Origin: Candidatus Kapaibacterium sp.
GTDB lineage: Bacteria; Bacteroidota; Ignavibacteria; Kapaibacteriales; UBA2268
Direction of reading: 5' to 3'
Length of the DNA: 64,000 nucleotides
NCBI GenBank assembly: GCA_963665665.1
Contig: OY762428.1
Span: 2,255,007-2,319,006, forward strand
The translations under genes and the position numbers were made by a program. Under the pieces are notes generated by a model. The model had not been told where the DNA came from and searched no databases. It saw only the letters and a list, made by a program, of their open reading frames with translations. Shown here piece after piece: positions 62,590 through 64,000 of this stretch. Position 1 is the stretch's first letter. Each line of letters starts with the position of its first letter.

Positions 62590-64000
62590 TTATTTTAAAT
62601 AAATTGACAATATTGATATATCAGAAGCAGAAACACCGCTAATTCTTGATGCCTGGCCAAGAGATGATGGCCTGACGAGGCTGAGTTTTTCTCTTGCTTC
62701 ATTGGATAGTGAAGAAATTTTACTATAATTAAAATTATCGGGAATCATTTTCTGTTCATTCTCGATAAAATACTCAATTTGCTTTTTTTGCCGGGCAATA
62801 TATCCTTCATAACGAATTTCTATACCGGCCTGTTCTATAACTTTGTCATATATTTCATTTTGCGGGAAATAAAGAGAAGAGATTTTAATAAGCTCTTTTA
62901 ATTGTACGCGGCTTCTTTTTGCAAGAGTATAGATATCAGTTGTTTCATTTACAGTTGATTCATCGACAGATTGTAAGTAGGGATTTATATCATCTTTTTT
63001 TACTTTTACTCTCTTAAGTTGTTCTATAAATAACCTGATCTCTTCATTAATTAAAATATTTTGTTTATATCTTGATTCAGGTATAAGCCCGTTTTTATAT
63101 CCATATTTTGAAAGACGTAATTCAGCATTATCCTGGCGTAATAATAGTCGGTATTCAGCAAGAGAGGTAAACATTCTGTATGGTTCATCTGTGCTTTTAT
63201 TTACAAGGTCATCAATTAGAACGCCAATATAAGATTCAGAACGGGAGAGCTTGAAATCATCCATACCGCGTAATTTTTGTACTGCATTTACACCTGCTAC
63301 ATATCCCTGTCCGGCAGCCTCCTCATAGCCGGAAGTGCCATTAATTTGCCCGGCAAAGTAAAGGCCGGATATAATATTTGTTTCAAGTGTATATTTTAAT
63401 TGATATGGAAAGAAAAAGTCATATTCAATAGCATAAGCAGGCCTGATTAATTTGCAATTAGCCAATCCGGGTATAGTTTTTAATGCTTTAATTTGTACAT
63501 CAACCGGTAGACTAGAACTAAAACCATTAATATATACGGAATCTGTATTATGTCCCTCTGGCTCTAAAAGTATTTTATGAGAATCTCTGTCAGAAAAACG
63601 ATCTATCTTATCTTCAATTGACGGACAATAGCGGGGGCCGCTTCCGGAAATTCTACCAGTAAACATAGGGGAGAGGTCGAAACCTGTTCTTAATATATCA
63701 TGAGTTTGAATATTAGTTTCTGTAGAATGGCAAAGAGCAGTATTTTTAACAAAACCTGTAAGAAAAGAAAATGGCTTGGGATCTTCATCGCCATAGGCTG
63801 GTATTACCTTAGAAAAATCTATACTATTTTTTAAAACCCTTGGGGGTGTTCCGGTTTTTAGCCTGCCAATTTTGAAACCAAGATCAAGGAAATTTGATGA
63901 CAATTTATCTGAAGACATTTCACCATATCGGCCACCATAAGTTTTGCTCATACCAGTGAACATTACACCTTTAAGGAAAGTTCCGGCACAAACAATAATT
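62590..64000 (-). CDS. mnmG: tRNA uridine 5-carboxymethylaminomethyl modification enzyme MnmG (GidA), C-terminal part; N-terminus beyond window end
   Basis: ...[28 protein letters not shown]... and the C-terminal GidA-associated domain. The ORF runs off the window end. Confidence 0.9.
   Translation of the reverse strand, partial: IIVCAGTFLKGVMFTGMSKTYGGRYGEMSSDKLSSNFLDLGFKIGRLKTGTPPRVLKNSIDFSKVIPAYGDEDPKPFSFLTGFVKNTALCHSTETNIQTHDILRTGFDLSPMFTGRISGSGPRYCPSIEDKIDRFSDRDSHKILLEPEGHNTDSVYINGFSSSLPVDVQIKALKTIPGLANCKLIRPAYAIEYDFFFPYQLKYTLETNIISGLYFAGQINGTSGYEEAAGQGYVAGVNAVQKLRGMDDFKLSRSESYIGVLIDDLVNKSTDEPYRMFTSLAEYRLLLRQDNAELRLSKYGYKNGLIPESRYKQNILINEEIRLFIEQLKRVKVKKDDINPYLQSVDESTVNETTDIYTLAKRSRVQLKELIKISSLYFPQNEIYDKVIEQAGIEIRYEGYIARQKKQIEYFIENEQKMIPDNFNYSKISSLSNEAREKLSLVRPSSLGQASRISGVSASDISILSIYLK

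Overview
This is a low-GC, gene-dense chromosomal window. Three proteins end in type IX secretion (T9SS) C-terminal sorting domains, and together with Bacteroidota-style gene content this points to a Bacteroidota/Ignavibacteriota-like organism; no taxon can be assigned without a search. Most of the window is housekeeping or envelope genes. These include a GT2 plus two GT9 heptosyltransferases of an LPS inner-core cluster, a TonB-dependent receptor and TetR regulator, a FetAB-like ABC pair, monomeric isocitrate dehydrogenase, RecG, a DUF1501/DUF1800 pair, OmpA, an NfeD-flotillin operon, a large S8 peptidase, thioredoxin, pterin dehydratase, enolase, CysQ, SerRS, RpiB and a partial MnmG. The notable accessory region is about 46.7-55.3 kb. 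It holds a complete lasso-peptide (RiPP) biosynthetic cluster on the minus strand: an Asn-synthetase-like cyclase (C), a transglutaminase-like leader protease (B2), a PqqD-like recognition protein (B1), an HPr-kinase-like kinase, a PF14907-like nucleotidyltransferase and two sulfotransferases, one of them fused to an unknown N-terminal domain. I translated a 41-aa precursor ORF that is too short for the supplied ORF track; it lies immediately downstream of the cyclase and its C terminus resembles paeninodin-type phosphorylated lasso peptides. A Fic/Doc gene bracketed by 32-bp tandem direct repeats sits inside this cluster. Other points worth a second look are a 989-aa multi-PAS histidine kinase fused in one polypeptide to a NarL/LuxR-type response regulator, a recurring inverted-repeat intergenic element family (GTCATTCTGA..CGAAGCGA..GAAGAATCC) at four loci, and a DUF1501 protein carrying both a Tat signal and a T9SS sorting domain. 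No rRNA or CRISPR was found, and no tRNA was recognised by eye. Several ORF-track starts are TTG or GTG codons printed as M; I adjusted these to in-frame ATGs where one with better context exists.
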